Below, in pieces: positions 38,474-50,363 of a DNA stretch of 64,000 bases. The notes below the pieces were generated by a model. It was given only the letters and a program-made list of their open reading frames with translations, ran no database searches and was not told the DNA's origin. Location: positions 186,001 to 250,000 of the forward strand of contig NW_026862013.1 of NCBI RefSeq assembly GCF_026571515.1, in the 5' to 3' direction. The DNA comes from Ruditapes philippinarum (taxonomy: Eukaryota). A program made the translations under genes and the position numbers. Position 1 is the stretch's first letter; each line of letters begins with the position of its first letter.

Positions 38474-38750
38474 TTCAGATATTGAAATCTAATCTTTGCC
38501 CGGGCCTATAAAAAATTTTTTCTATGATTCAGAAGATGAAATTCTAAAATATGGAAAACAATTTAAATAACCAGTCTCTCAATTGTAACAGATAATTTTG
38601 GGTAGGGTCATTGGTGTATTACAAAAGCATCTTGACATAATGTATAAATTAAACCAACAGAATCTGGCATAATTGTGTTAAATCTTTTGAAGAATTTGAA
38701 AGGTAATTTTGTTTTTGTTATCAATCTTTATTTTAATTATTTTATTGTAG

Positions 38751-38942
38751 AACCTTATAGACACAATCAGTGTGTTACAGAAGGAGATGAGCAGAGAGCA
38801 AGAGAATTTTAATGCTCTCAGTGCCGAGCAAGGTTCACTGAAGAAGAATTCTGGACAATATAAGTCCATCACCAAAGATATGACAGCTTCGCAGACCAGA
38901 CTTACTCTACTCATGGACAGAAGCATGAAGTGTTTCTCCCAG
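38751..38942 (+). CDS. Unidentified gene, coding exon 2 (helical/coiled-coil, NLIDTISVLQKEMSREQ...RSMKCFSQ)
   Basis: Strong acceptor tttattgtag|, 192 nt open frame, donor CAG|gtacaa; phase 0 at both ends. Confidence 0.85.
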
Positions 38943-40761
38943 GTACAATCTCTGATTTTGTTCTTACAAGATTTTATTTTTCTAGTTCAAAGTAATCACT
39001 GAAAATGATTGTTGATGTTCTCACTTCTGTTGGTACATGTACTAATCTTGACTCTTTCAGTTGTGTGGTTGGTTAGGTTTTGCTCACATATCGCCTGCTC
39101 CTGGTGTATGCATGCTCTAAGTAGGCTAATACAGTTTGAAATTCACCATAATTAGTACCTCAACATTGTCTTTATTATTCAAGACCTGTTGAAGTATACA
39201 AGTATAAAAATAAGTTCCCTATAATCTGTGACATATTGGGGAAGTGAGCTTAATTTTGTGTAAAATACAGATATTAGTACCAAGCTCAAGCTGTGACATA
39301 CCTTAAAGGCAATGTATTTATTTGTTTGATTCATCCAGTTAAAATTAGGAGCAAACTAAGGGTTTAATGCTACCCTGTCCTTCCTTAGACATGCAATTCT
39401 TAAAATTCTGGATTTTACCATATTGAATTTGCTGAAGGTGTTGCTATGGGACATTGACAATACATTGCATTAACTACCTGGTACCGATATCCCTGATAAG
39501 GTTCTGTCAAACCAAGTCTGAAACAGTTTTACTTTAAAAGTGTTGGACAACTTTCTGGGTTTCTGAATTTGATTTTTTTTAACCCAACCATTATTAAGTA
39601 CAGAAAAGAAAATTTAAGGAATTTGCTAGCTGGTGCATGGTGTCATTATGAAATACCAAAAAGTAATTGACATAAAGTAATGTCTTTGACCTAGTTTTTA
39701 TGATTCTTAAACTTTTCCCGTACATATATTTAGTTATTTTTAGTTACAAATTGTTAAAATAAAAGGACATACATGCATAATTTTTTCACATTAAATGCTG
39801 TATGTACACAATGTAGCCATGTTTCTTGACCTATTGTTGAATAACATGTAATATGAACAATGTACAAACATTAGAATTATTGTTACAACTTACAACTTTT
39901 TTGCTACCAAAACTCATGATTCATGAATATTATGATGTACATTATTGTTAGGACATCCCTGGATTTCATGTATCATATATAACAAGGTTTTACTATGTTT
40001 TATAATAAATGATAGTGGAAATTGCCTCCCTTGAAATATTGTGACTATTAATTCAGATAATAAATCTTAGTCAGATTAAAGCCTCCCATGTCATAGGTTG
40101 ATTTAATTATAAACAAAGTATTTATGGGAAAATAGGTTTACTTTTTTAGGAATTATTATTAGGATTAGTTGTGTTATTTAAATTAAAAATAAAATATTAT
40201 AACCATTATATTAACAATTCTTTCATTTTGAACAAATCCTTAAATGTCCTAAATATTTTCTGTTTTCTTATAAACATACTTGATTAATTAATAAATTAAT
40301 TTCTTTTATGATACTATTAGTGTGTATAATATATTGCAGTTAAATGATTCATCTTCCCATTATTAATGGTTTGGATGTATAGGACGTTACGGTCATGACT
40401 TAGGAACACTTTTCTTATCTTAGATTTTTGTGATCCATTATGACATTATGAACTCAGTTCTCTTTTTTAGTGGGTTGGAGTGGGGGTGGATGAGGGAGGG
40501 GCAGGTGGGGGTTTATACCAGGAGATATCCAGCACAGTGATATTGGTAGAATGCATTTCTAACTGGACCTTCTTGCACCTGGGTTGCACCTGGAAGTTAC
40601 TTGTAGGCTTTCTTTCTTTATATGTAAAAGCTGTCAAAAAAGATAAGCAAATAAAATTAAATCTGTAAATGTGATTATGTATGTCACTATAGCATAAAAA
40701 GATGTTTCCTCTTACTTGCTTGTTTCATGTTAATTTACACAATTTTACATTTAAATTTCAG

Positions 40762-41914
40762 CAAGGAAATCAGCAGAGTAGAGCTGCTGTTGAACGTAGG
40801 AACTCTTTTCAGGGGTCACAGTCTCAAGGAAATGTGCAAAATAGAGCTTCAGAACCAGTCAAAGCTACTGCAGTAACACAGTCTACTGCAGACAGGAAGT
40901 CTATGACATCTGCGGATGTGTCTAAAAAGCGAACTGATAATGGAACTAGTAACAGAACATCTATTCAAGTGCAATCTCTCAGCTCTAACAGTCCAGTGTT
41001 AAGAAGCAAAGCAATTGATATTAATGGATCAAGCAATATAAATGGAGATTCAAATGGAAATGGGCAGAAGCATAATGCATCTGTGTCAAATTCAGTTGTC
41101 TCCCTTGGACCAATGTCTGAACAAAGAAATAAATACATGTCCAAAAGTACAGACAATATATTTAAGAAGCCTTCTGAAACTGCATCTCAAAAACCAGAAG
41201 TTGTTAAGGGAAAAGTATCCTCAAAACCTGTGACTAAAGTAGTAATGAATGCTGATAAACAGATGTTGGATTTAGATTCTTTTACTGAAAGAAAGAACAT
41301 GTTAGATGAATTGAAAAAGTTCGATAAAACATTGAAACCAAGTGCTACCAGAACACATACAGAAAAGGTCACAGAGGTCAAAGTCAACATAGCCAAAAGC
41401 GGTGAAAAGAGATCAAGTGCTGATATTGAGCCAAAGGGACCTGTGACACCAATGGAGAAAAAAGTAAATCTTCTTGGTGATATAAAACTAGGAAAGAAGC
41501 CATCTGAACTTAAACAAACAAAAGTTCCAAAAAGTGAACAAAATGGCAATAACTATGATACAGTAATTAAAGCAGTTGATAACTCTAAAACTGATAATAA
41601 ATTTGATTCTCAAGTGAAACAGTTTGACAATCTGTTAAAAGATTCTGAGAGTGATAAATCTGAAAGTTCTGAAGATTCACCAAGGGAGACAATTGTACCA
41701 TCAGTAAAGAAGCAGACGGCAAATATCTCGGTATCAGGGGAGGTCACTCTAGATGAAGTAAGGGGGAGTACTCCAGTGGAAGAAGCTAGTGATGATAGTT
41801 TGAGCCAATCATCAGGTGTGTCAGAGGAAGATGATAAATTTGTCACAGAATTCCATTTTTCTGGAAGTCAGATTAAGGCAACATCAGCACAAGCAGCAAT
41901 TCCAAAGAAGCAAG
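40762..41914 (+). CDS. Unidentified gene, coding exon 3: S/K-rich disordered region with two WH2/beta-thymosin-like motifs
   Basis: Acceptor aaatttcag| in frame with ORF 40702..41919; donor CAA G|gttagt (phase 1) just before the ORF's stop. Confidence 0.85.
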
Positions 41915-41955
41915 GTTAGTTACTTGATTTATTTGAAACAAATACTCATGTCACT

Positions 41956-42244
41956 TATTAGCTAGACTATTTGAAGAATATGAAGAGCTATTGTACTCAC
42001 CCAGGCTTTGGTTATGGCATTGGCATCTAATGCAAACTTTAATTAAGTTTTCATGTGGTATTTCCAAAACTACTGCAGTGGATAGGTTGAAACTTCACAC
42101 ACTTATTTGGGAGCATTTAAAAGTATAAGCATGAATTTTGACAGAATTATGGCTCTTTTTGAACACAGAAACATTATCCAGGCTCTTGTTTTACTACCAA
42201 GCACTGAGAATAGTCGAGCACGCTGTCTTATGGACAGCTCTTGT
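41956..42244 (+). mobile_element. Short Helentron-type element without an expanded array
   Basis: tattagctagactat ... atagtcgagcacgctgtc-ttatg-gacagctcttgtttt, the same termini as 25673-27027. Confidence 0.8.
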
Positions 42245-45200
42245 TTTATAGAAGTGGAACAGCACTGAATTATATTTTTGTTATAATTTTTTAATAAAAA
42301 GTAATTCATGTTCCACTACAAAAAGAAACGAAAGTTATATGTGACATGGCTTGTATGATTCAATCCCTCAATTTCTCAGGTTACCCAGCTTATTATATTT
42401 GTACATACTTCAACAATTTTGTAGTCAATTTGACTATCTGTATTAGAAACAATCAAATAGTTATAGACCTAAATTGGCTAATAATAAAATGTTGAGTTCT
42501 GGAAAAAGGAATGAGACAGATGTGCCAGTTTATTGGATATTCAAGCTAAAAATATTTCATTTGATTACACCCTTACAAAGTCAAACACCAACCAAACCCC
42601 TTTAAGCTCAAGATATATATCTGAAAATGTTATCTTGAGCTTCAATGCAAAAATTAAAATATATTTTACTCAGTTGTTGAAGGTTTGACTTATCAATGCA
42701 GGTTATAATAATAATGGTGTTTATTGAAAACCCAAAAATACTCTTTCAATATACAAGTAGCACTCTGTAAATCTGCACAGATGTTTTCAAAACTGGAGAT
42801 GATGATTGTATAGAAGATTAAAAGGTGTAAGATTAAGTAATAGGTTGATGCTAATAAGAAAAAAATAAAATAATTTAAACAAAAGGAGCGACTTTAACTG
42901 TTCAAGAGGTTTATATTTTCCTTATTAGCATCAAACTAACTTTGTCATTGTCATTTGTCACTCTTAGTGTGATGTATTTTTCTTCTTTTATCTAAATAAT
43001 GAAAAAGTGTTTGTAAGCATGACTTGAAAAATATATGCATATTAGGGCTCATCAAAGATAGTGATATCATCCCAGAACAAAGGCCACTTTTACACTTTCC
43101 CCCTTGGTGTGCTTAGTTGACAAGTTTGACTGTAGATGTAAATTTTTCAAATTTAGGCATTCTCATTTGACCAAAAAGTAGAGCAAAAACTAATATTAAG
43201 ATATTTGTTAAATTTAAACCACTTTTATTTATAGAATTATTTACAGACTTTACTGTTCCTTATTATGTAATGTAAAGTTGACTACATGTGTCTTTTAATG
43301 ACTACCTCTGTAAATAGACCATTTTCTCCAAGTATATGTATGAGTCTTATGTAGGATGGTTTGACTGTATTTTCTGTTTAAACAACGAAATATGGTGAGT
43401 CATTTTTGAGCAGGAGGTAAATTTCAAGTGTCCACAATTTGGTGGAATAACAAATGATTGTTTATGTCTGGTGTTGCTGAGATCAGGATTTTAGATACAG
43501 ACAATATTGACAAGTAGATTGATGAAAACTTACAGCCAACATACATGAAATCATTATGTTACTCTGCACATAAACTCACTGGGAGAAGTCTGGCAGAATG
43601 AATTTTCTTTTTGTGTCTTTGAGATGCCATTGTTGTTGAGCTGTGTCAAAATTATGATATATTGAGAAGTTGTCAGTTATAATGTATTTGGCATAATAAA
43701 GTTAATACTGATTGTAGGTATTTTAATACCATTGACACACTGTTACTTAGCTTAACTAAAAGAATTTATGTTGTGTTTTTTTGTTTGTTTCAAATTATAG
43801 TGTTTGCAGTAAATATTAATTGATACAGCTTTTAGATTGTTTTTTTATTTTTGGTCAAGATTCCTACTTTTGATTATCTGTTGTTTTTTTCCTACATTAA
43901 ACGAAAATTAATCCTTGATAATGAGAAACAATGATCTTAAGGAAAAAAATGATTTGACTCAATGAGTCAAATCAAGCACCATTTACCTTGTTACATTCAT
44001 TGCATCTCTTAAAATATCACAAAATCCTCCAAAAAGAAGGAAAACAATCCTCCAATTTAGATAGAGCAGGTATAATGTAAATTTAGTTGAACTGGTTTTT
44101 GTCATTTATGTACTGGAAAAAAGTGTAAGAAAGATAATGTAAGATGTCCTTTAAAGGCGGAGGTTAACAAGTCATGCTCACTGTGGGTTTTCTCACACAA
44201 GAAGTTAATAATTATATTCATTTGCGGCATGTTTAGATTTTTATATTTAAAAGATGCTTCATGTGGAGAAGTCTTGCATGGATAAATCTTATCATTTGCA
44301 GAATTAAATACTAACTCATTTATTTCTAATGGTATAGTGATCTTTACTGACTTAAGTCACTAACATTTTGTCACATCATATTTTATTAAAATTCTACAAG
44401 GGAAATTGATGCTTTGTGAGAAAACTGTCCAGCTAGACATGAAAACCCAGACAAGTGCCATTGCATTGAATTTACCATTGAAATATCTTTTATTGCTTGC
44501 CTTTGGTTTTTCTCCATCATGAATAACCTGGAAAGTTGCCATAAAATCTAAGGACTTAAAACCTCGCCTCCATACAAAACACTGCAAAAAAAAACAACAA
44601 AACAACTTAACACTTAAACACAGTTTGTAAACAAACACATGACCTCTTTCATAAGAAACATCTTGATCTGAATATTTGTTCATAGAGTTGTTGTTGTGCA
44701 TTTATTTCATAGCATTGTATCTGATTTAACAAATATTTAGATTATGGAGCAATCCTCTTTTCTCTCCTTCAGCTCACAAAGAGCAGGTAGCTTTGTATTC
44801 AATACACGATCTAGTCATTTGGTTTTATTTCCCCTTAAAGGCATATATATTGATATTTAAATAGTGTGCCTGGGATAGACATTTGTCACCTTACATACAC
44901 TTAAATTACCTGGGCGAGATTTATATATCATATTACGGACTGTTATATTTTTAAAGTAGACTGGTTTAAAATTTAATGGAATGGATATATTGTGAAAGTT
45001 TAAGCAGTGAAATATGGGCACCAGTCAGATTAATGTATGTTTACATGGTTAAGGATTTAAATTTTACGTAGGTTGAATGTAGATGGAAGATTTTTATATA
45101 AAGTGTAGGCATAAAGGCATGACAAATTTGGTTTCATAAAAATTCATGGCTGTTGAACGGAATAATTTAAATATGATTGGATGAGTTCAAAGGGGAGAAG

Positions 45201-45961
45201 TTTTTGAAAATCAAAATATTAAAAACTGTGTATTACACTGACAGGTTATGACACTAACATTGATTTGATGTTTAAAAAATGAAAGTGACTTTTGTGAACT
45301 TTGTGAAGTGGACTATTGCGTTATCATAAAAATATTTGATGTCTTTGGAGATCAAATAGCGTTAAGGCACAGCACACATAAATACGCGCATTGTGCGGTT
45401 ATAAAGGCTATTGAACATATAGAACAACATATATACAGCTGTTACTATATATTGTGTAGTGGGGAAAACTTAATGCACTGAACTTTCATTTCGTACACCC
45501 GAATGACAGATGGATTATATTTTTACACTGTCTATTTAGAATAAAAACATTAATATAGAAAGTAACAAATTTACTATGGCAGGATGATGACTTGTTAGAA
45601 TAAGTCAATTATATTTGACAATTGAGATAGTTTTGTCCGAGGTAATAACGCCTCTTTACAGTATGTGTGATTTGTAATCGTTCATGGTCTAGCGGACATT
45701 CAATGTATTCGATGGAAATAGCGTGCTACAATTTAGTGAATTATCCGATATTAAGACAGCTGATCTAGGATATTAAATAAACAAAGGCTTTGTTACAGAA
45801 GGACATGTGATCACTCGGAATGAAACCTCGTAATGACTTACAAATAAAGGTAGAAACTATTCTTTTGTGATAAATGATCTGTTGATACAAAAAGATAACA
45901 GTGCTTATTATACACATTAAAGTACATCAAGTTGTTGTTTGAATCAGAGAATACAAAAAAA

Positions 45962-48900
45962 ATGGCTGATATTTCGACACTTGCTGAGAGATTTGCTACT
46001 AATGTAAGGCAGGACCGACAGCCTATTAATGATATGATAAATGCTAGGCTTCAGAGAATTCAGGAACTGGAGCGTGTACGTCTGGAGCATGCATCAGAAC
46101 ACACAACTAATGTCGGTGATGGAGACTCACGTCATTCAAGAAGAGATCGATTTATTCGCCAGACGGGACAACGCTCGATAGAAAGACAGAGTTTTGGATC
46201 AAGCATTCAGAGGACACCCTTAAGGTCTCAGAGTTTTGAAAATACAACATTAGTTGCTGATATGGCTGAGGATACACAAAATTTTCGTAACATGTTCGAA
46301 AGTTCAAGAGAAACTTTATTTGGACCACGAGTAAGTGGAAGTAGTGAAGATTTAAATGGTAGACGCACTTCAGATACAGCTCTTACTGCACCAAGGGTGA
46401 CATTTCAGACAGGGTCAGAGTCTGGTTCAGGTTCTAGCACTCCAAGAGGTACTGTGAATGTTCGACCAATGAATGAATTTACTTCTGGTTTAGCAGAGGC
46501 ATTTTCTAACATCCGTTCAGCAATGGTAAGATCAGATTCATCAAGTTCTTTAAGAGAAACGAGGAGGAGCTCTTCAATAACACGTGAAGCCAGCTCTGCT
46601 TCAAATCTACAGAGAATTGCTGTTACAAATAACAACGGAAACTCTTTAACCAGATCTTCATCAGTGCGGGAAACAAGGCGGGAATCTCGTTTTCGACGTC
46701 GTACAATTCAAGGGGTTGATAGTAATATATCTCGAGCAATAGAGCAGGAAAGATCAGAAAGAATATCACCTTCAGTCTCAAGGTCAGTATCACCTCTTGT
46801 TGTTGATACAGCTTTGACTTCAGCACCTGGTTTACATGGAATGACAACAGTTACACAGTCAAAGGAATCAACTCGCACTACTTCAGCATTTTCTTCAACT
46901 TCTTCATCCTATTCTAGCCGATATCCAAAGAAAATTGATTTATATCCAGAGGATGGTATTGCTGTTCTTGGGTTTGAAAAAGAAATGGAAATTTTTGTCG
47001 ATAAAACAGGAAAAATTCATTGGTTGAAAAAGACTCATCCTTTGATAAAGGAAGTGAAAAGGTCCAATCAAGTTCCTGAAATTGTGCAGCAGTCAAAACT
47101 AGCCTTAACAAGTGGTGATAACTCAGAAGGTTTTGTTGCTGCTATAGAAGGGGATGTGGATGCAAGGTATAGCAAACTAAGAGAACTAGTTACACTTGCA
47201 AGAATGAGAGATGGACATTTAGAAAATACGGATTTTACTGACTCTGCTATGGCATTAGCTTTACTTGAAGTAAATAAAAAAGATGACTCTTTTGAGACAA
47301 TAGATATTGATGAGAAGTTTAGATCTTTTAGTTTATACACTGAACCACGACCTAGACAAGATATTGAAAAATTGATCTCATTGAAAGAAGTTCTACCTAT
47401 ATACCATGGAATACCACGTTCTGAATTACCACAGGAAATTAAGGAGCGTGACAGTGACAAATCAGAAAAGGATTTAGGCTATAGAACATTTGAAAATTAC
47501 AATTTTGATTTCATAAGGTCTGATACAAATGGTGCAGCAACTAGAACCCAACAAGCAAGATCTCGAAGAATTCACGAACAAGTTTCAGGTGATTCAGCTG
47601 ATGGCAGTTCAGCAAGTTATACAAGAACTGGAGAAAGTCATGCAGCATCTGAAACAGTCTCTGATGGATTAGGTAATGTTAGTAGTAGGCAAGGTCAGTT
47701 TCAGAGTCAAACTCAACAAGCAGAAATTCGAACTAGTGATGGTGTCAGTAATATATTCCAAAGACGAGCTGAAGCAAGGCGTCAACAATACACGTCAACA
47801 GTAGAGGGATCACATGAAAATGGAATGTCATTAATACAGAGAAGGGCAGAAGAAAGAAGACGGCAATACTTGGCAGAGCAACAAAGAAATGAAAATGGTA
47901 CCACAGTGTCTAGTTCAAGATCAGAGAGTATGCAGCAACAATTTTCATCAGAAACTCGAACAGGTCCAAATGGAAATGCGAGAGAAAGTGTGGCACAAGA
48001 AAGACATCAGCAATATTTTACCAGACAGACCAATACCAGCGAGAGTAGCAGTTCAACTGTAAGACATGAGGAGCGCTCAAGCACCATTAGACAAACGTCT
48101 TCTAAGTCAAATATAGTCAGACAATCTTCTCAAAGTCTTATTGATAACTCTGATATACATAGTGAAGTAAATTTAGTTATGGAAAGGCTTCATTTGATGC
48201 AGAGTAACCCTTCTGAGCCGTTAGATGCAAGTCATCTTGATTTTGAGGAGATGTTAATGATTCAGAAAGCATTGGCTGAAAATCCAAGTCCTTCATATAG
48301 CCCTGTGGAGTTTGAAACTGAAAATTTAAACCCTGATGAAGTGATACCTGTTTCTGATGATGTAAATGATCAAAATCAAATGGAAGGATCTTCTTCATTT
48401 CAGACAATTGAACAGTCACATTTAGACACAAATATAAGAGAAGAAGCTTCAAGTAGTTCCACAAATAACACAAATTTAAATGAAATGTCAATAGTAAAGT
48501 CAGGTGCAGACAATGTAATTGACTCAAATTTAGGTTCTGAAGCCTCAAATTCCAGATCAGGTTTTATAAGTGCAAAACAATCAGTGATTACTCATACAAA
48601 AGTAGTTGACGATGAAGAAACAACAAAGGGAAATACTGTGGTAACTGATTTGAATTCAATTCAAGATACATTATCTGAAGAAACTGCTGGAGAAACCATT
48701 ACTGAAACATTTACAGTTGATGCTACTGTTAAAGATGATGTGATTGAGTCTAGAACACCTCGATATCAGAGGCTGCCTTCTGAAGGAGGGGAAGGTAGAC
48801 TGCCTCTACCTTCAATGGACTGGTCCCCTTTGGAGAGGAGTAATTCACCTATTTCACCTAATAGATTTTCATTTGAGGATAGAAAATCTGAAAATGCAAG

Positions 48901-49318
48901 TAGTGCTAGCTCAACTGTATCTAATTCTAGTGCATCGAGTAAATTTACAGTTCCTAAGACTTTAAGTTCCACACCTATGACTGGTGTAAGTTCTTCTGTT
49001 CAAAGTGAACTAACAATTGAAATTCCATCATACAGTCCTGTAACCAGTCCAAATGTTCAAAGTGAGGCAAATTCAGCAGACACTCAAAATTTAACCAATC
49101 AAAATGACTCTTACAAAAGTCATACGGATACTGTAACATTACAAGCTTCCCCTTTGGTTAAAAGTCCAGGGGCCAGTTTATCAAATTCAAATAGCTCGGA
49201 AGCACCATCACCTGCAGGAAGTGAAACCGTGACAACCGTTTTTGAAGAATTTATTCAGACTGTTCCTTATAGTGTGTTGATGAAGATGAGAGCTGCAGAA
49301 GAGGAAGACAGTGACTGA
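45962..49318 (+). CDS. Giant uninterrupted ORF (1118 aa from ATG 45962), largely disordered S/T/R/E-rich protein; single-exon gene or terminal exon from 45948
   Basis: 3.4-kb open frame in AT-rich DNA; aaaATGG start context; in-frame phase-1 acceptor aatcag| at 45947; AATAAA near 49661 and 49882. No recognisable catalytic or transposon domain. Confidence 0.88.
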   Translation: MADISTLAERFATNVRQDRQPINDMINARLQRIQELERVRLEHASEHTTNVGDGDSRHSRRDRFIRQTGQRSIERQSFGSSIQRTPLRSQSFENTTLVADMAEDTQNFRNMFESSRETLFGPRVSGSSEDLNGRRTSDTALTAPRVTFQTGSESGSGSSTPRGTVNVRPMNEFTSGLAEAFSNIRSAMVRSDSSSSLRETRRSSSITREASSASNLQRIAVTNNNGNSLTRSSSVRETRRESRFRRRTIQGVDSNISRAIEQERSERISPSVSRSVSPLVVDTALTSAPGLHGMTTVTQSKESTRTTSAFSSTSSSYSSRYPKKIDLYPEDGIAVLGFEKEMEIFVDKTGKIHWLKKTHPLIKEVKRSNQVPEIVQQSKLALTSGDNSEGFVAAIEGDVDARYSKLRELVTLARMRDGHLENTDFTDSAMALALLEVNKKDDSFETIDIDEKFRSFSLYTEPRPRQDIEKLISLKEVLPIYHGIPRSELPQEIKERDSDKSEKDLGYRTFENYNFDFIRSDTNGAATRTQQARSRRIHEQVSGDSADGSSASYTRTGESHAASETVSDGLGNVSSRQGQFQSQTQQAEIRTSDGVSNIFQRRAEARRQQYTSTVEGSHENGMSLIQRRAEERRRQYLAEQQRNENGTTVSSSRSESMQQQFSSETRTGPNGNARESVAQERHQQYFTRQTNTSESSSSTVRHEERSSTIRQTSSKSNIVRQSSQSLIDNSDIHSEVNLVMERLHLMQSNPSEPLDASHLDFEEMLMIQKALAENPSPSYSPVEFETENLNPDEVIPVSDDVNDQNQMEGSSSFQTIEQSHLDTNIREEASSSSTNNTNLNEMSIVKSGADNVIDSNLGSEASNSRSGFISAKQSVITHTKVVDDEETTKGNTVVTDLNSIQDTLSEETAGETITETFTVDATVKDDVIESRTPRYQRLPSEGGEGRLPLPSMDWSPLERSNSPISPNRFSFEDRKSENASSASSTVSNSSASSKFTVPKTLSSTPMTGVSSSVQSELTIEIPSYSPVTSPNVQSEANSADTQNLTNQNDSYKSHTDTVTLQASPLVKSPGASLSNSNSSEAPSPAGSETVTTVFEEFIQTVPYSVLMKMRAAEEEDSD

Positions 49319-50130
49319 TTTATAAAGAAATTTATTCATTATTGATATAAATATATATGCATGTACCTGTTCATTGTCATAATATCACAGTTACCTATCA
49401 TATATATTCTTGCCAAATGGAATGATACATCAATAAGTATGGTAGTCTGTGCTAGCTTTATGTGAATAACTATAGATATGATATGATAATTTGTCTTTTT
49501 CTTTTAAAACTATAGATACAATAGGATGATTCGGCTTTTTATCATTTATTTGATTTATTAAAAAAAGTGATTTAAAGTGATTTATTGAATATTGTAAAAC
49601 AGATTTCCACCAAAATCTCAGATGATAAGTGATTTACTTTTTCATGGAAATAATGCTATAAATAAATGCTAAACTAAACTTTATTACAACAATAATAATC
49701 TTTAAAATTAACAAATATTATCTGCATTGTTATAGATTACAGTATATTATGTTAAATTAATTCACAATTAAAACATTGAAATATGTTTCATTGTCACATT
49801 CAATCATACTTATCAGTCTTCATAAAATGTCACCCATTTATTTATGTCAATCAAAAGTAGCCTAATTATTTGTTAACACCTTAATAAATAAATGATATCA
49901 GGTTTGTTTAAAAGTCAAAATTCCATACTCAAATTATGTTCACTTTTAATTGATATGCTCCTTTGGTTGGTTAAAATCATTATTTTTAATCATGTCATGG
50001 ATTTATATTTTACACTGTTATTTGGTGCATCTTTGAAAAGGACAGTTACTGTAGTATATTACTATTATTAAGATTTACTAAATGTGAGAATCTATAGCCT
50101 GAAATATTTGTGATGTGTTTATATGTTGTT

Positions 50131-50363
50131 TTTTTAATTGCCGAGTAATTTGAATTTGTATAACTGACTTTCTTTTAATTGCTGAGTAATTTGAATTTGT
50201 ATAACTGACTTTCTTTTAATTGCCGAGTAATTTGAATTTGTATAACTGACTTTCTTTTAATTGTGGAGTAATTTGAATTTGTATAACTGACTTTCTTTTA
50301 ATTGTGGAGTAATTTGAATTTGTATAACTGGCAGAGTAATTTGAATTTGAATAACTGACTTTC
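50131..50363. repeat. Minisatellite, ~41-bp unit (ttttaattgccgagtaatttgaatttgtataactgactttc), ~6 copies
   Basis: Direct tandem repetition. Confidence 0.93.

Noticed and set aside
36889-41914. Assigning a gene symbol (such as Cobl, Spire, SALS or NHS) to the plus-strand gene
   Set aside because: Only short linear motifs are similar; no diagnostic domain lies in the window.
46405-48972. Several short ORFs overlapping the 45962 ORF
   Set aside because: Antisense or alternate-frame shadows of a long coding frame with no independent signals.
45932-49318. Giant ORF as a retroelement, transposase or viral gene
   Set aside because: No RT, integrase, DDE, helicase or capsid motifs, and no LTR, TIR or TSD around it.
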